The position numbers and the translations under genes were made by a program. A DNA stretch of 63,486 bases, the filler included, from Chiloscyllium plagiosum (Eukaryota), in assembly GCF_004010195.1 (NCBI RefSeq). It is 4 parts of one record of this genome, joined end to end, with 100 filler letters (N's around TTAATTAATTAA, not from the genome) between each part and the next. Parts side by side here need not be neighbours in the genome. Positions count along the whole stretch, not along the records: positions 1 to 30,458 come from NC_057712.1; positions 30,559 to 49,981 come from NC_057712.1; 2 more parts are not named here. The stretch is one strand, 5' to 3'. Numbering within the stretch: position 1 is the stretch's first letter; the number at the start of each line of letters is the position of its first letter. Of this stretch, positions 23,960-37,369 are shown one piece after another. The notes beneath the pieces are model-generated. The model was not told the origin of the DNA and made no database searches. It saw only the letters and a program-made list of their open reading frames with translations.

Positions 23960-25362
23960 AAAAGCACATTACAGGCCCTTCAGCCCATGATGTTGTACCA
24001 AGCATTTGTCTTAATCCAAGATCAACCTAACCTACACACCTTTCCATTTACTGCTGTCCATGTGCTTGTCCAACAGTTGCTTAAATATCGCTAATGTACC
24101 TGACTCTACTATCATCGCTGGCAGTGTATTCCATACACGCACCACTCTGCGTAAACAACCTACCTCTGACATCTCCCCTAAACCTTCCTCCAATCACCTT
24201 AAATCACCCCTCGTGACAGCCATTTCTGCCCTGGGAAATGTCTCTATCTACTCAGTCTATGCCTGCATTACTTTGTACACCTCTATCAAGTCATCTCTCT
24301 TCCTTCATCACCCCTCGTGACAGCCATTTCTGCCCTGGGGAAATGTCTCTATCTACTCAGTCTATGCCTGCATTACTTTGTACACCTCTATCAAGTCATC
24401 TCTCTTCCTTCTTCTCACCAGTGTGAAAATCCCTCAGCTCACTTTACCTCTCTTCATAAGACACGCCCTCCAATCCAGGCAGCATCCTGGTAAATCTTCT
24501 CTGCTCCCTCTCTGAAGCATCTGCATCCTTCCTATAATGAGGTGAACAGAACAGGACACAATATTTCTAAGTGTGGTCTAACCAGAGTTTTATTGAGCTA
24601 CAGCAAAACTTCCTGGCTCTCAAACTCAATCTCCCTGTTAATGAAAGCCAAAACACCATACACCTTCTTAACAACCCTATCAACTTGGGTGGCAACTTTG
24701 AGGGATCTATGTACATGATCCCCAAGATCCCACTGTTTCTCCACACTGCCAAGAATCCTGTCTTTAACCCTGTATTCAGCATTCAAATTCAACCTTCCAA
24801 AATGAATCACTTTGCATTTATCCAGGTTGAATTCCATTTGCCACTCCTCAGCCCAGCTTTGCATCCTGTCAATGTCTTGTTGTAGCCTGCAACAGCCCTT
24901 GACACTATCTACAACACCATTGACCTTTGTGTCATCAGCAAATGTTCTAACCCACCCTTCCACTTCTTCATCCAAGTCATTTAAAGAAACTACAAAGAGC
25001 AGAGGCCCGAGAACAGATCTCTGCAGGACACCAGTGGTCACCATCCTGCAGGTGGAATACTTTCCATCCACTACCACTCACTGTCTTCTTTTGGCCAGCC
25101 AATTCTGATCCCAACAGCCAAATTCCCCTGTACCCCATACCTCCTAACTTTCTGAATGAGGCTACCATGGGGAACCTTATCAAATGCCTTACTGAAATCC
25201 ATATACACCACATCCACTGCTCAACCTTCATCAACTTGTCTCGTCATGTCCTCAAAGAATTCAGTAAGGCTTTTGAGGCTTAATCTGCCCCTCACAAAGC
25301 CATGCTGACCATCTTTAATCAAATTATGTTGTTCCAAATAGTCATGAATCCTATCTCTCAGT
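23960..25362 (-). mobile_element. CR1 LINE, RT to 3' tail
   Basis: ORF 24598-25077 SVLGPLLF, TFADDTK, WQMEFN. Confidence 0.9.
24203..24411. repeat. Direct tandem duplication (104 bp + 105 bp) inside CR1
   Basis: 24203-24306 and 24307-24411 differ by one extra G. Confidence 0.9.
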
Positions 25363-25404
25363 CCTACTTAACTGATTTCAATACATTTGGGCAATATCCA
25401 GGTT

Positions 25405-25730
25405 TGGGATGGCATGGTGGCTTAGTAGTTAGCACCAAGGACCCGGGTTTGATTCCACTCTCAAGCGCCTACCTGTGTGGAGTTTGCACATTCTCCCCAT
25501 GCCTGCGTGGATTTCCTCTGGGTGGGCTGGTTTCCTCATACTGTCCAAAAATGTGCAATAGGTCAATTGGCCAGCTAAATTTCCCGTAGTATCCAGGGAT
25601 ATGTATGAACGATGGATTAACCATGGGAAATCAAGGGTCTTAGCATAGGGGGTGGGATGGTCTTTGGAGGGTCGGTGTGGACTCAGTGGGCTGAATGGCC
25701 TGCTTCCATACTGTAGGAATTGTATGTTCT
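25405..25730 (+). mobile_element. HE1-type V-SINE, decayed
   Basis: gtgtggagtttgcacattctcccc V-domain; CR1-like tail. Confidence 0.8.
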
Positions 25731-26548
25731 GTGAAAGGGAATACCAGAATAGGGCAGCAGGGCAAGATGTCTTTGAGTAACTCTGGGCAATAAAGTCCTG
25801 GCCTTACATCCATTTCCACACAGATGGCACAGCAGTCTGAGGCAGCTAGCTGAGACGCACCAAGCAGGGCACAGACAGTGCTGGGAACATGGGTGCTCAG
25901 AGATGTCAGCTGAATCATGCTCTACAATAAACCATCCCATTACCATTGTTCAATACATCAGCGTTTCTCATCATCGACAGTATCACAGGGTACTCATCTG
26001 CTGGCAACCACTTTCAGCATTGAGTTCAGCATACATGACAGCAGCAATCCGACTTTGATGATGACGAGCAAAGTTGATAGCATTTCACGCTAATCCAGGG
26101 ATGTTGAGACCAATTGCATCTCTACCACAACTCAACTAGCCCCAGTATTTGCCAAACACCAAGGTCTCAGGATGAACTGTGCTAAAGGGCTGACTCAAAC
26201 ACGATTTTGAATTTCGAACTTGGCGCTGAATCAAGAATGATACAACACTGGAGGGTGGCTATTCGCCCCATTAGGTCTGTGCTGGCTCTTCGGTCGAACC
26301 ATCTAATGAATCTCCCTACTCTCCTTTTTTCCTTTGTTTCCAATATTCTTCATTACCATTGAATCTACTTCCATCAGCCTTTCAGGTGAGTGTATCCCAG
26401 AATATACTGCCTCAGTGCGGAACCTCTTCCCTCCCCTTTTTGTAGCACATAATCTGGAATGTTCTGGTCACAGAGTCCTCTTTTGTCATCCATTCCAAAA
26501 GTAGACCGTTATACTGTCAAGCCATTCATTTTCAGCAACATCACACAT

Positions 26549-27939
26549 CAAAGTTTGGGTGAAGATTTGTAGCTCGGGTGCTCGTTGTTGTGGTTCCGTT
26601 CGCCGAGCTGGGAATTTGTCTTGCAAACGTTTCGTCCCCTGTCTAGGTGACATCCTCAGTGCTTGGGAGCCTCCTGTGAAGCGCTTCTTTGATGTTTCCT
26701 CCAGCATTTATAGTGGCCTGTCTCTGCCGCTTCCGGTTGTCAGTTCCAGCTGTCCGCTGTAGTGGCCGGTATATTGGGTCCAGGTCAATGTGTTTGTTGA
26801 TAGAGTCTGTGGATGAGTGCCACGCCTCTAGGAATTCCCTGGCTGTTCTCTGTTTGGCTTGCCCTATAATGGTAGTGTTGTCCCAGTCGAATTCATGTTG
26901 CTTGTCATCTGCGTGTGTGGCTACTAAGGATAGCTGGTCGTGTCGTTTCGTGGCTAGTTGGTGTTCATGGATGCGGATCGTTAGCTGTCTTCCTGTTTGT
27001 CCTATGTAGTGTTTTGTGCAGTCCTTGCATGGGATTTTGTACACTACATTAGTTTTGCTCATGCTGGGTATCGGGTCCTTCGTTCTCGTGAATTGTCTGA
27101 GAGTGGCTGTTGGTTTGTATGCTGTTATGAGTCCTAGTGATTGCAGTAGCCTGGCTGTCAGTTCGGAAATGCTCTTGATGTATGGTAGTGTGGCTAGTCC
27201 TTTGGGTTGCGGCATGTCCTCGTTCCGTTGTCTTTCCCTGAGGCATCTGTNNNNNNNNNNNNNNNNNNNNNNNNNNNNNNNNNNNNNNNNNNNNNNNNNN
27301 NNNNNNNNNNNNNNNNNNNNNNNNNNNNNNNNNNNNNNNNNNNNNNNNNNNNNNNNNNNNNNNNNNNNNNNNNNNNNNNNNNNNNNNNNNNNNNNNNNNN
27401 NNNNNNNNNNNNNNNNNNNNNNNNNNNNNNNNNNNNNNNNNNNNNNNNNNNNNNNNNNATACCCAACATGAGCAAAACCAATGTAGTGTACAAAATCCCA
27501 TGCAAGGACTGCACAAAACACTACATAGGACAAACAGGAAGACAGCTAACGATCCGTATCCATGAACACCAACTAGCCACGAAATGCCATGACCAGCTAT
27601 CCTTAGTAGCCACACATGCAGATGACAAGCAACATGAATTCGACTGGGACAACACTACCATTATAGGGCAAGCCAAACAAAGGACAGCCAGGGAATTCCT
27701 AGAGGCATGGCACTCATCCACAGACTCTATCAACAAACACATCGACCTGGACCCAATATACCGGCCACTACAGTGGACAGGTGGAACTGACAACCGGAAG
27801 CGGCAGAGACAGGCCACTATAAATGCCGGAGGAAACACTACAGAAGCGCTTCATAGGAGGCTCCCAAGCACTGAGGATGTCACTTAGACAGGAGACGAAA
27901 CGTTTGCAAGACAAATTCCCAGCTCGGCGAACAGAACCA
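26549..27939. mobile_element. PLE with two inverted GIY-YIG/pLTR arms spanning an N gap, 16-bp TSD
   Basis: Both arms encode NVVYKIPCKDCTKHYIGQTGR; TSD cagcaacatcacacat at 26533-26548 and 27940-27955. Confidence 0.92.
27868..27907 (+). ncRNA. Minimal hammerhead ribozyme motif (mirror copy at 26623-26662, minus strand)
   Basis: gca-CTGAGGA-t-gtc...gac-GAAA-cg-TT-tgc; stem I gca/tgc. Confidence 0.6.
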
Positions 27940-29429
27940 CAGCAACATCACACATTTTATACACTGTCCATCCTTAGAAAACTTGCTGCGGCAATTTATT
28001 TCCCTCACTGAATGATTGATTGGAAGAAACTTGCTAATGGGGACCATTGTGATCTGATCACACTGTGGAACAGCTGAGCCATCTGAAGTCAGAAATTGTC
28101 TTTAATGTTGTGGTTTGGGCACTGGATAAACTTGTTATTTTAAAACTTATTTTAGGTTTTTGTACAATTATATGGTTTGGGTACTGGCAGTTGTGTTTTT
28201 TTTTTAAATTAAAGTTAATCTGACGGTGATTAGATTAAAATACTCTATTGTGATAGAAGTGGATAGTCTTATCCAGTCTGTGTGATGTATTAGATTATAA
28301 ATAACAAACTAAAACAGAGGTTGCTGGAAACACTGTAAGGCCCAGCCAAATATGGAGAGAAATCAGTCAAGCTAACCTTATAGTAAAGATGCTTCTTTGG
28401 AACAAGAAGTAATAACAGAAGAAAAACATTTTGAAGGCTGAATGGAATTAATAGTTGGGAGGGAGCTACAAAAGCACACACTGTAAAAGACAAAGACCTT
28501 GAGAAATGAATGGAACGTTCTGTGAAGTTGTGATTTTTTTAACCCATCTCCCTTCCCTTTGTTTGTTTTTTAAATGCTACTCATCTATAATATCTTCATA
28601 TTCTAATGAAGTGTCCACACACCCAAAATGTTCATTAGTCTGGGCCTCTGCACCAAGCTGCTGATTTTGTCCCATATTGCCAGCATTAGCTGAGCTTTGC
28701 TTTGTGTTCATACAGTCATTAATAACATGGACAAGAGATGAAGGCGATGATAACATTTGCAAGGAACAGAATTAAGCAAGGAAGAAGCTTTATGTCTTAC
28801 AAATATGAGGAATTGGAAAGAGTTTCTTCAGAAAGTGGGCCGATTAAGGGTGAGAAATTTCTGCATCTATGTTTTTACTCACGGCTGTCAAAAATGATGC
28901 AAAATCATGGTAGCAATAACAAAGGGAGCCAAAATAGCCAAGGTAAAGAGTGAATCTGTTACCATGGATACTGAAAACAGACTGAGCTGCAGGAGAATAG
29001 CATGAAGCATGGAGGTGAGAGATCAATAGACAGTCAATTGGTAATTGCACAAATAAACCAAGCAGGGAAAGGATAAAACCACTGACAAGACTTAGAACAT
29101 TCAATGTGGAAGCCAGAGTAAAGTCATGCCGAAGACCAAAGCTAACAGTTATAATTATTGATTCTGTTGTATGAGGGGTAAATTTGAGATTTGTTGAAAT
29201 AATAAAGTACCTGGAGCCATAAAAAAAAAGTTATTGAATCAATGGACAAACTGTTGATGGATGTAGGAAATAAGTCAGTGTTAGTGCTCTGCTTCATGGA
29301 ACATTCATTTGGAAAGGGGTGTAAAGTTGAGGATGATAAACAAAAGGTCAAAGTCTGTAGTGGGAGAGCTTTGGAATTTTTTTCTCTGTGCTCATTGCTA
29401 TAACAGACATTTTCTCTTTGTTCTTCCTG

Positions 29430-29600
29430 CCACCTCCCCCTTTCCACTGGCTTAGAAACTCTTACTTTTCCATTTGTCTTCAGTTCGGATGCAAAGTTGT
29501 TGCCTAAAATTTTAACTCTGTTTCTCTCCACTGATGCTGCCTGACCTGCTGAGCTTTTGCAGCTTTTTAAAAAATTCTAATTTCCGATTTCCAACACTTT
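29430..29600 (+). mobile_element. Decayed PLE pLTR remnant
   Basis: ctctgtttctctccactgatgctgcctgacctgctgagcttttgcagc, matching pLTR body elsewhere in the window. Confidence 0.55.
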
Positions 29601-29769
29601 TTCAAACGTGTTTGGCATTTTCAATGTGGATTTCACACGTCACACATACTCGAGAGGGAGCGATGAAATATTAATATCAAGCTTCTCAGTACATTGAAGC
29701 AGGAGATCAATCCTTCTTTATTCATTTTTTTGCCATTCAGTGAGATCATGGCTGATGTGTGTCCTCAAA

Positions 29770-30110
29770 CTCATAATTATCTGGGTAGAGTAGATAGGGA
29801 GAAATTGTTTCCACTTATAAAAGGAAGGAGAACGAGAGAACGCGGATTTAAAGTGATTCGAAAATATAGAAAAAAAATACTTTTTTGCACAAGTGGTTGA
29901 GATCTAGAATGCACTGCCTGGAAGCAAGGTGGAGACAGGTTCAACAGAGATATTGAGAGGGCATTACATGATTGATTGAATAGAAACAGTGTGCAAGTGT
30001 ACAGGATAAAGACCAGAGAATGGCCTTAAGAGGGAATACACATTTGAAGAGACAGACCAGCCATGATGGGTCAAATGGCCTCCTTCTGCTTTACAACATT
30101 TTTGATTCAA
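29770..30110 (+). mobile_element. Decayed CR1 3' end
   Basis: RVDREKLFPL...RTRERGFKV; tail gatgggtcaaatggcctccttctg. Confidence 0.7.
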
Positions 30111-30129
30111 TGAACTTTTTGTTTCTAGT

Positions 30130-30458
30130 GCTCTTGGGGGGGGTTTAAACTAACTCTGCAGGGGCATGGGAACCTAGACTGTAGCTTTAGGGTGCAGGAC
30201 CTGGAGTGTAGGGAGGTTAGGAACATGGCATCAATCTCAAAGGAGGGTGTCTGTAAACAGGAAAGTGGCTTGAAGTGTGTATACTTCAATGCAAGAAGTA
30301 TACGAAATAAGGTAGATGAACTTGCAGCGTGGGTTGGTACCTGGGACTTCGATGTTGTGGCTATTACGGAGACATGGGTAGAACAGGGACAAGATTGGCT
30401 GTTGCAGGTTCCAGGGTTTAAATGTTTTAGTAGAGTCAGAGGTGGGGGTAAAAGAGGG
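30130..30458 (+). mobile_element. CR1 ORF1 end and ORF2 endonuclease start
   Basis: KCVYFNARSIRNK...DVVAITETW. Confidence 0.88.
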
Positions 30459-30558
30459 NNNNNNNNNNNNNNNNNNNNNNNNNNNNNNNNNNNNNNNNNN
30501 NNTTAATTAATTAANNNNNNNNNNNNNNNNNNNNNNNNNNNNNNNNNNNNNNNNNNNN
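30459..30558. other. Artificial assembly spacer N44-TTAATTAATTAA-N44
   Basis: Exactly 100 bp; identical spacers at 49982-50081 and 60620-60719. Confidence 0.95.
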
Positions 30559-31468
30559 GATTGAAGGATGGGTTAGCAAGTTTGCAGATGACACAAAGGT
30601 TGGAGGTGTCGTTGACAGTATAGAGGGCTGTTGTAGGCTGCAGCGGGACATTGACAGGATGCAGAGATGGGCTGAGAGGTGGCAGATGGAGTTCAACTAG
30701 GATAAATGCGAGGTGATGTATTTTGGAAGGTTGAATTTGAAAGCTGAGTACAGGATTAAGGATAGGATTCTTGGCAGTGTGGAGGAACCGAGGGATCTTG
30801 GGGTGCAGGTACATAGATTCCTTAAAATGGCCACCCAAGTGGACAGGGTTGTTAAGAAAGCATGTGGTGTTTTGGCTTTCATTAACAGGGGTATTGAGTT
30901 TAAGAGTCATGAGATCTTGTTGCAGCTCTATAAAACTTTGGTTAGACCGCGTCCAACTTGGAATACTGCGTCCAGTTCTGGTCGCCCTATTATAAGAAAG
31001 ATGTGGATGCTTTAGAGAGGGTTCAGAGGAGGTTTACCAGGATGCTGCCTGGACTGGAGGGCTTATCTTATGAGGAGAGGTTGACTGAGCTCGGACTTTT
31101 TTCATTAGAGGAAAGGAGAAGAGGGGACCTAATTGAGGTATACAAGATAATGAGAGGCATAGATAGAGTTGATAGCTAGAGATTATTTCCCAGGGCAGAA
31201 ATGACTAACACGAGGGGTCATAGTTTTATGCTGGTTGGAGGAAAGTATAGAGGGGATGTCAGAGGTGGGTTCTTTACACAGAGAGTTGTGAGAGCATGGA
31301 ATGTGTTGCCAGCAGCAGTTGTGGAAGCAAGGTCATTGGGTACATTGAAGAGACTACTGGACATGCATATGGTCACAGAAATTTGAGGGTGCATACATGA
31401 GGATCAGTGGTCGGCACAATATCGTGGGCTGAAGGGCCTGTTCTGTGCTATACTGTTCTATGTTCTCT
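30559..31468 (+). mobile_element. CR1 RT C-terminus and 3' tail
   Basis: [16 protein letters not shown], tail ctgttctatgttct. Confidence 0.9.
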
Positions 31469-32694
31469 GATGCAGGACCAGAACATGTCGAAAGCTGTAT
31501 TTCACTTTCTTCCAGCCTCTTTAGGGAATATTTAGATTGTCACTCACCTAGGATCTTACATTTTCCTATGTCTCCACCCATCGTTTGCATCAATTTACCG
31601 AGGTGCCAGGATGCGTTTTTGATTTTAGGTTGGAAAATGAACATTGATTAGCCAGTGGAGGCTAGTGGAGGTCGGCAAGACGCAGCAGGAATAGTGAGGG
31701 TCTGCCTGTGTGGACCATCCCACTATGATGCAGAAGGAGTTGGTGGGAGAGAGAATAAGAACCAATGGAGGTAGGAGATTTTGGATCATGTCCAATGATC
31801 CGGCAAGCATTGCCAACTGGCCTTCTTATTTCCATGTCGAACGTTCTCAACGTCTAGCCTGCTGGACAATTTTATTAAGACAGAAAGCTGCTTATTAATG
31901 AGGCAAGTTCGGCCATCAGCAAGGCATTTAACAAGCAATAATCCCCCTTTAGTTGGCAACTCATGCTTCTTTGTGAGGATCTTTACACACTGCTTGTGAA
32001 AAGCATTAAAGATGCAGCGGGATGCTCCTGACGTCAGGATGGGCCTTAATTGGACTTCTCATCCAGTTCTGCCACCAATCCAGCCACAGACTACACTGTT
32101 CACACCCCAAAATGATACCACCCAACATGTGCTCTTGGTGGAACACAGGCACCAACCGAAGGGAGCATTCACAATGGTTGTCTTTTCATAAAAGCAAAAT
32201 AATGACTGAGTGGAATCTTTCCAGTCACTAAATGACATTAGTGTTGGTGTGAAGTTGGGAGAATATGCGAGATTGGCAGCAAGGAGATTCTCTATCATTG
32301 GCGAGTGCTCCCCACCTGTGGTGTCTGTGGAGAGACAATGAGTGGAGTGATGTAGGTGCGTGGTGCACAGGTCATCTTGTGAGCTTGGGAACAAAGTGTG
32401 TGAAACTCCGCAAGTGCTCATGGATGAAGCCCTCCTTGAAACCCGTCAAGATTTGTACCTTTGCTAATTTCTGATAAATTTCAGTCTAACCACACAGCAA
32501 AAGCGCCATCAAGCTAAAACACATAAAGCCATATTAATTCCCATCCTGGCTACTGTATTAATGGATTAGCCCAGTAAGAATCAAGGCTTGGACAATTTGC
32601 TAGAGATAGCTGGACATCTTCCTTGAGGAACAACAAGTATATTTTACAACAATCTGATAGCTTCAGGGTCGTATTTCCCCTGATGTTATATCTG

Positions 32695-32990
32695 TTGAAT
32701 TTCACAAGGTGACGGTCTAAGGATAGAGGGTAAGCTATTTAGGACTGAGATGGGGAGAATCTTTATCACCCATAGAGTTGTGAGCCTGTGGGATTCTCTG
32801 CTACAGAAAGTGCTTGAAGGCAGAATGTTGAATGTTTTCAAAAAATTGTTAAACATAGTTCTTACAGCTAAAGGGATGAAAAGGAATGGGGTGGAAATGG
32901 GAACAGGTATTGAGTTGGATGATCTGTCATGATCATATTGAATTGCAGAGCAGGCTTGAAGGGCTGAATTGCCTACTCCTATTATTTGTT
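32695..32990 (+). mobile_element. CR1 3' fragment
   Basis: FITHRVVSLWDSL; CR1 tail. Confidence 0.75.
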
Positions 32991-34546
32991 TCATTTCACA
33001 GTTAGCATTGACATTTCTTCAATTTACATCTTCGAGATTGTTGATCTCACATCATCATTAAATGTGCTTCCTTATAATTTGAACCACACCGAATTTAAAC
33101 TAGACCATACATGATTCAATGTCTCCTTGGAAAATATATTATACATAATTGTCTGCCTATTGAAGAAGTCATCCGAATAGAAGATGAAAATTATCCCATG
33201 ATGTTTTTCTAAGTATGAATGTGGGAGATGCAACAGGACTTGATCCATCCAGACATTCCTGCAATGATTCCTTACTGATGATAAATGTTACATCAAAATT
33301 ACAAAAAAAAAGTAACAAATCCACAATTTGCGAAACAATCCAACTACCTCAGGCTAATTTTATTGGAAAGGAATAACAGTCATGGTGTACAAATGGTTGG
33401 CAGACTTTCCACCACCCACTTCCTGTCAAGCACAAGGAAGGCATTCGTATGGTTGGCCTTTCACAAGAGTAGAGAGAATATCATAACACTTCCAACTGCT
33501 CAACCAAAATACAATTTTTAAAAAAATATTATCATGAATTAAATGTTGATATATTTACCTAACAGCTGCAGAAATGAATTTATAAAATTGCAAACAAGAT
33601 GCAAAAAGTCTTCACCTGCTTAACACCATTTATACATTAAGAAAATAACAATGATTGAAAGTCAAATATTCATTAGTTAGATGCACCTAACATATTGTTA
33701 GGACAAACAACCAAATTATTTTAAACTGTTGCAACAGATTGGCACAGTGCAAATGTGGGATGGCACACTAATTTGTCCCTTTTGGGTCTCAAACATACCA
33801 ACTAGTGAAAACAGAATATCCTTTCCTTATCCTGTCAAAATCGTTCACAATTTTGACCACGTCAATAAAGTCAACTTTGAATTTTTTTCTGTTCCAAACA
33901 GAACAAGTCCAATTTTTCTACATTTTCTTTGTATCTAAAATCGCTCATTCCTGGTATCATTCTAGTAGATCTCCTCAACATCACTTTAACATCCTTCCTT
34001 AAATAAGGTGTCCAAAACAGAAGAAAATACTCTAAATGTGGTCTGACTAATGATTTGTAGAGATGTAGCATTACTTGCTTGCTTTTATATTCTATGTCTC
34101 TATTTATAAACCCAAGGATCCTATAAGCTTTAACTCCTGTTTCAACTTTCCTGGTCACCTTCAGAGAATTCACTATTCTCCCTAGTTTAGCATCATCTGC
34201 AAATTTAGAGATTTTTTCCCTCAATTCCCACCTCCAAATTATTTATATAAAGCAGAAAAGGCAAGGATCCCATCATTAATTCCTGTGAAACATCATTTTC
34301 AACTTGTCTCCAGTCTAAGAAATGTCTATTGATAACTACTCTCTGTTTTCTACCCTTTAGCCAACTTCTAATCCGTGCTACCAAACATCAATCCCAAACA
34401 TTTCTCATTTGCTAATCAACCTGCCATGTGGTACCATATCAAATGCTTTCTTAAAGTCCAAATATACAACACCCACAGTACTGCCTTTGTCATCTTGACA
34501 AAGAATTCAATTAAATTTGTGCAACACGACCTGTCCTTGACAAAAT

Positions 34547-34737
34547 CGTGGTCTCTGCCTCACCTTCCGCCTCGGAATACTTCAACCCCAGGGCATCAAT
34601 GTGGACTTCAACATCCACACTTCAGGTTCTCTGCCTTTATTCCTGATGAAGGGCTTTTGCCCGAAACGTCGATTTTGCTGCTCCTCGGATGCTGCCTGAA
34701 CTGCTGTGCTCTTCCAGCACCACTCTAATCCAGAACA
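34547..34737 (+). mobile_element. PLE terminal fragment with 9-bp TSD, inserted in CR1
   Basis: TSD tgacaaaat at 34538-34546 and 34738-34746. Confidence 0.82.
34641..34672 (+). ncRNA. Minimal hammerhead ribozyme motif with intact core
   Basis: CTGATGA(34643-49)-a-gggc tttt gccc-GAAA(34663-66)-cg-TC; predicted cleavage after GTC at 34670. Confidence 0.7.
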
Positions 34738-35886
34738 TGACAAAATAATGTTGACTGTCTCGTATTAACTTATTTTTCTCTAGCTGAAGTGCTGTTAGCC
34801 TTTTTAGCACCTCTTCTTTATCTATCATTATACTGCTCAGGTGCTCAACAACAACAATTTCAACCAGGCCATTGTCACCATTTTCTATTTCAGTAAAGAC
34901 AGAAGCAAAATGTTCATCTAGCATTTTTATCATACCCTTTGCTTCAGTAAGCAATTTAACCTTTTTCTTTATGGGCCGCACTCTATACTTCACTAATCTT
35001 TTACCATTAATATGTTTGAAGAACATTTTACTACTTATTATAGCACAGTCTACCATTCTTTCCTCATGGACCTTCTTAGCTTTCCTTGTTCCAGTCTGAG
35101 CTTCTCTTCTGCAATACAGATAGTCTTCCTCTTTTCTATTGTAATTATTCTGAAATGCATCGTATGCCTCCTTTTTCTTCCTTTTTTAAAAAAATCTTCT
35201 TAAAAAGTTGTTGGTTAAAATTTTTGGCTGGTTTTACTTGCATATGTATTTTTGTTGGTACATTATTGCTTGCTTTTAATTCATTCTCCAGAAATTACGG
35301 AGCTTTGATTTAACACTTGTTTCCCATAAACAATCTGATTTACATATCAGTTGCAGCAAGCTAAATGCTGGGGATGGGGAAATCCTTTGGAATTTCCAGC
35401 TGCATTCCTTGCCTTGAAGGAAAATCACTCCAGTTGGAGACATGAAATGGTAAATTTGCCATGTTATGTACTCAACTGGGTCACTTTTCTTGATCATTTC
35501 AAAGGGGCTGAGCTGGACAGTAAGAAAATTTAACGGTTATAGGGAAAAGGCAGAAAAGTGGATTAAGGATTATCAGACCTCATTGAATGGCAGGGCAGGC
35601 ACATAGGGCTAAATTGCCTGATTCTGCTCCTATAACTTTTGGGCTCCAAGTTCAACATTTCCACACCACAATGGTAACTGGCACATTGCTATTCCATTGA
35701 CCAGAAAGCACCACAAAGGGATTATCGCACGATACGTGCTGTGCCGCTATATCCTTCCAATCACTTCTGCTTCATCTGTTTGACCAAAGGCAGGTCCTTG
35801 GCAATTATTCACTAAAGCATTTCAAAGTACTGTACTTCTAACTTTCCTTCAATAGTCATAATCATACCCAGCAAAGAATACCTAGG

Positions 35887-36629
35887 CTGAAAATGTGTTG
35901 CTGGAAAAGCATAGCAGGTCAGGCAGCATCCAAGGAACAGGAGAATCGACCTTTCGGGCATAAGCCCTTCTTCAGGAATGAGGAAAGTGTGTCCAGCAGG
36001 CTAAGATAAAAGGTAGGGAGGAGGGACCTGGGGGAGAGGCGTTGGAAATATGATAGGTGGAAGGAGATCAAGGTGAGGGTGATAGGCCGGAGTGGGGTGG
36101 GGGCGGAGAGGTCAGGAAGAAGATTGCAGGTTAGGAAGGCGGTGCTGAGTTCGAGGGATTTGACTGAGACAAGGTGGGGGGAGGGGAAATGAGGAAACTG
36201 GAGAAACCTGAGTTCATCCCTTGTGGTTGGAGGGTCCCTAGGCGGAAGATGAGGCGCTCTTCCTACAGCCGTTGTGTTGCTATGGTCTGGCGATGGAGGA
36301 GTCCAAGGACCTGCATCATCTGTGGCATCCGCTGCCCCGATGTGGCCTCCTCTATATTGGAGAGACAGGCCGCCTACTTGNNNNNNNNNNNNNNNNNNNN
36401 NNNNNNNNNNNNNNNNNNNNNNNNNNNNNNNNNNNNNNNNNNNNNNNNNNNNNNNNNNNNNNNNNNNNNNNNNNNNNNNNNNNNNNNNNNNNNNNNNNNN
36501 NNNNNNNAGAAGGGCTTATGCCCGAAACATCGATTCTCCTGTTCCTTGGATGCTGCCTGACCTGCTGCGCTTTTCCAGCAACACATTTTCAGCTCTGATC
36601 TCCAGCATCTGCAGTCCTCACTTTCTCCT
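35887..36629. mobile_element. PLE with inverted arms and 15-bp TSD
   Basis: Minus pLTR from 35887; plus GIY-YIG piece (CGLLYIGETGR) and pLTR to 36629; TSD caaagaatacctagg at 35872-35886 and 36630-36644. Confidence 0.9.
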
Positions 36630-37369
36630 CAAAGAATACCTAGGGAACACATAGTCCATATGGTGAGACTGAATGTGCCCCCTACCACCAGCTGCAGCTA
36701 TTCTGCTGAAACTCAATGTAGAATTCAGGGCCTGAGTTTCAGTCTTTACATGCCAGGGCTGTCTGGAGTGAGGATTCATCTCTGCACCTTCTGTCTTGGA
36801 GGTGGGAATGCTATCAATAATCCAAAGTATCTATCTTGACATCCTATTAATGACATTCACCAAATCAATAAGTTGAGGGTCTGTGGTTGTGTCACACAAT
36901 CTTTGTGTAGGCACTATTTTCACTTTCTACATGAAAAGGATACACCAGCATGAGAGAACACACAAAGGTATTCTAGGTTATTGGTAAAGGAGTAGAGAAA
37001 GTAGAAAGCATTATAGATAGGACCAATGTTGTCCTCTGGTTTTACATCTATGTTTCCCCACTGCCCATATGGCAATCTGTTTTTCACTTGTACCCTCAAC
37101 CAGTGTCACCTTAACAAACTCACTATTTGTATACGCTGACATGCGTACTGCTGTCTTATTGCTTACAAACATCAGTGAGAGCCATAAGGGATCCTTTGTA
37201 ACACTGCCTCACTTTAACCAACATGACAAGCCATTCTTCTAAGTCTGCAATGGTAGACAAGGTTAAAATGTTAACAGACTATAGTTTGCTTGCTATCGAT
37301 AAGAAAAACACTTTACATCATGCGTTGTTAGTGTGGTTATGACAATGGGTAAGAGGAATAGTAATGGGT

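Larger units (their letters stand above)
33780..35170 (-). mobile_element. Decayed CR1 ORF2 fragment
   Basis: [25 protein letters not shown]. Confidence 0.8.

Noticed and set aside
26643..27887. Long ORFs running through N tracts
   Set aside because: Lengths are inflated by X translation; only the flanking GIY-YIG parts are real.
30503..30514. TTAATTAATTAA palindrome as a regulatory or homeodomain site (also 50026-50037, 60664-60675)
   Set aside because: Centred in identical 100-bp N spacers; an assembly linker.
31600..32120. Possible non-autonomous DNA-transposon remnant (similar impression at 48260-48590 and 51290-51470)
   Set aside because: No terminal inverted repeats or TSDs could be established by eye.
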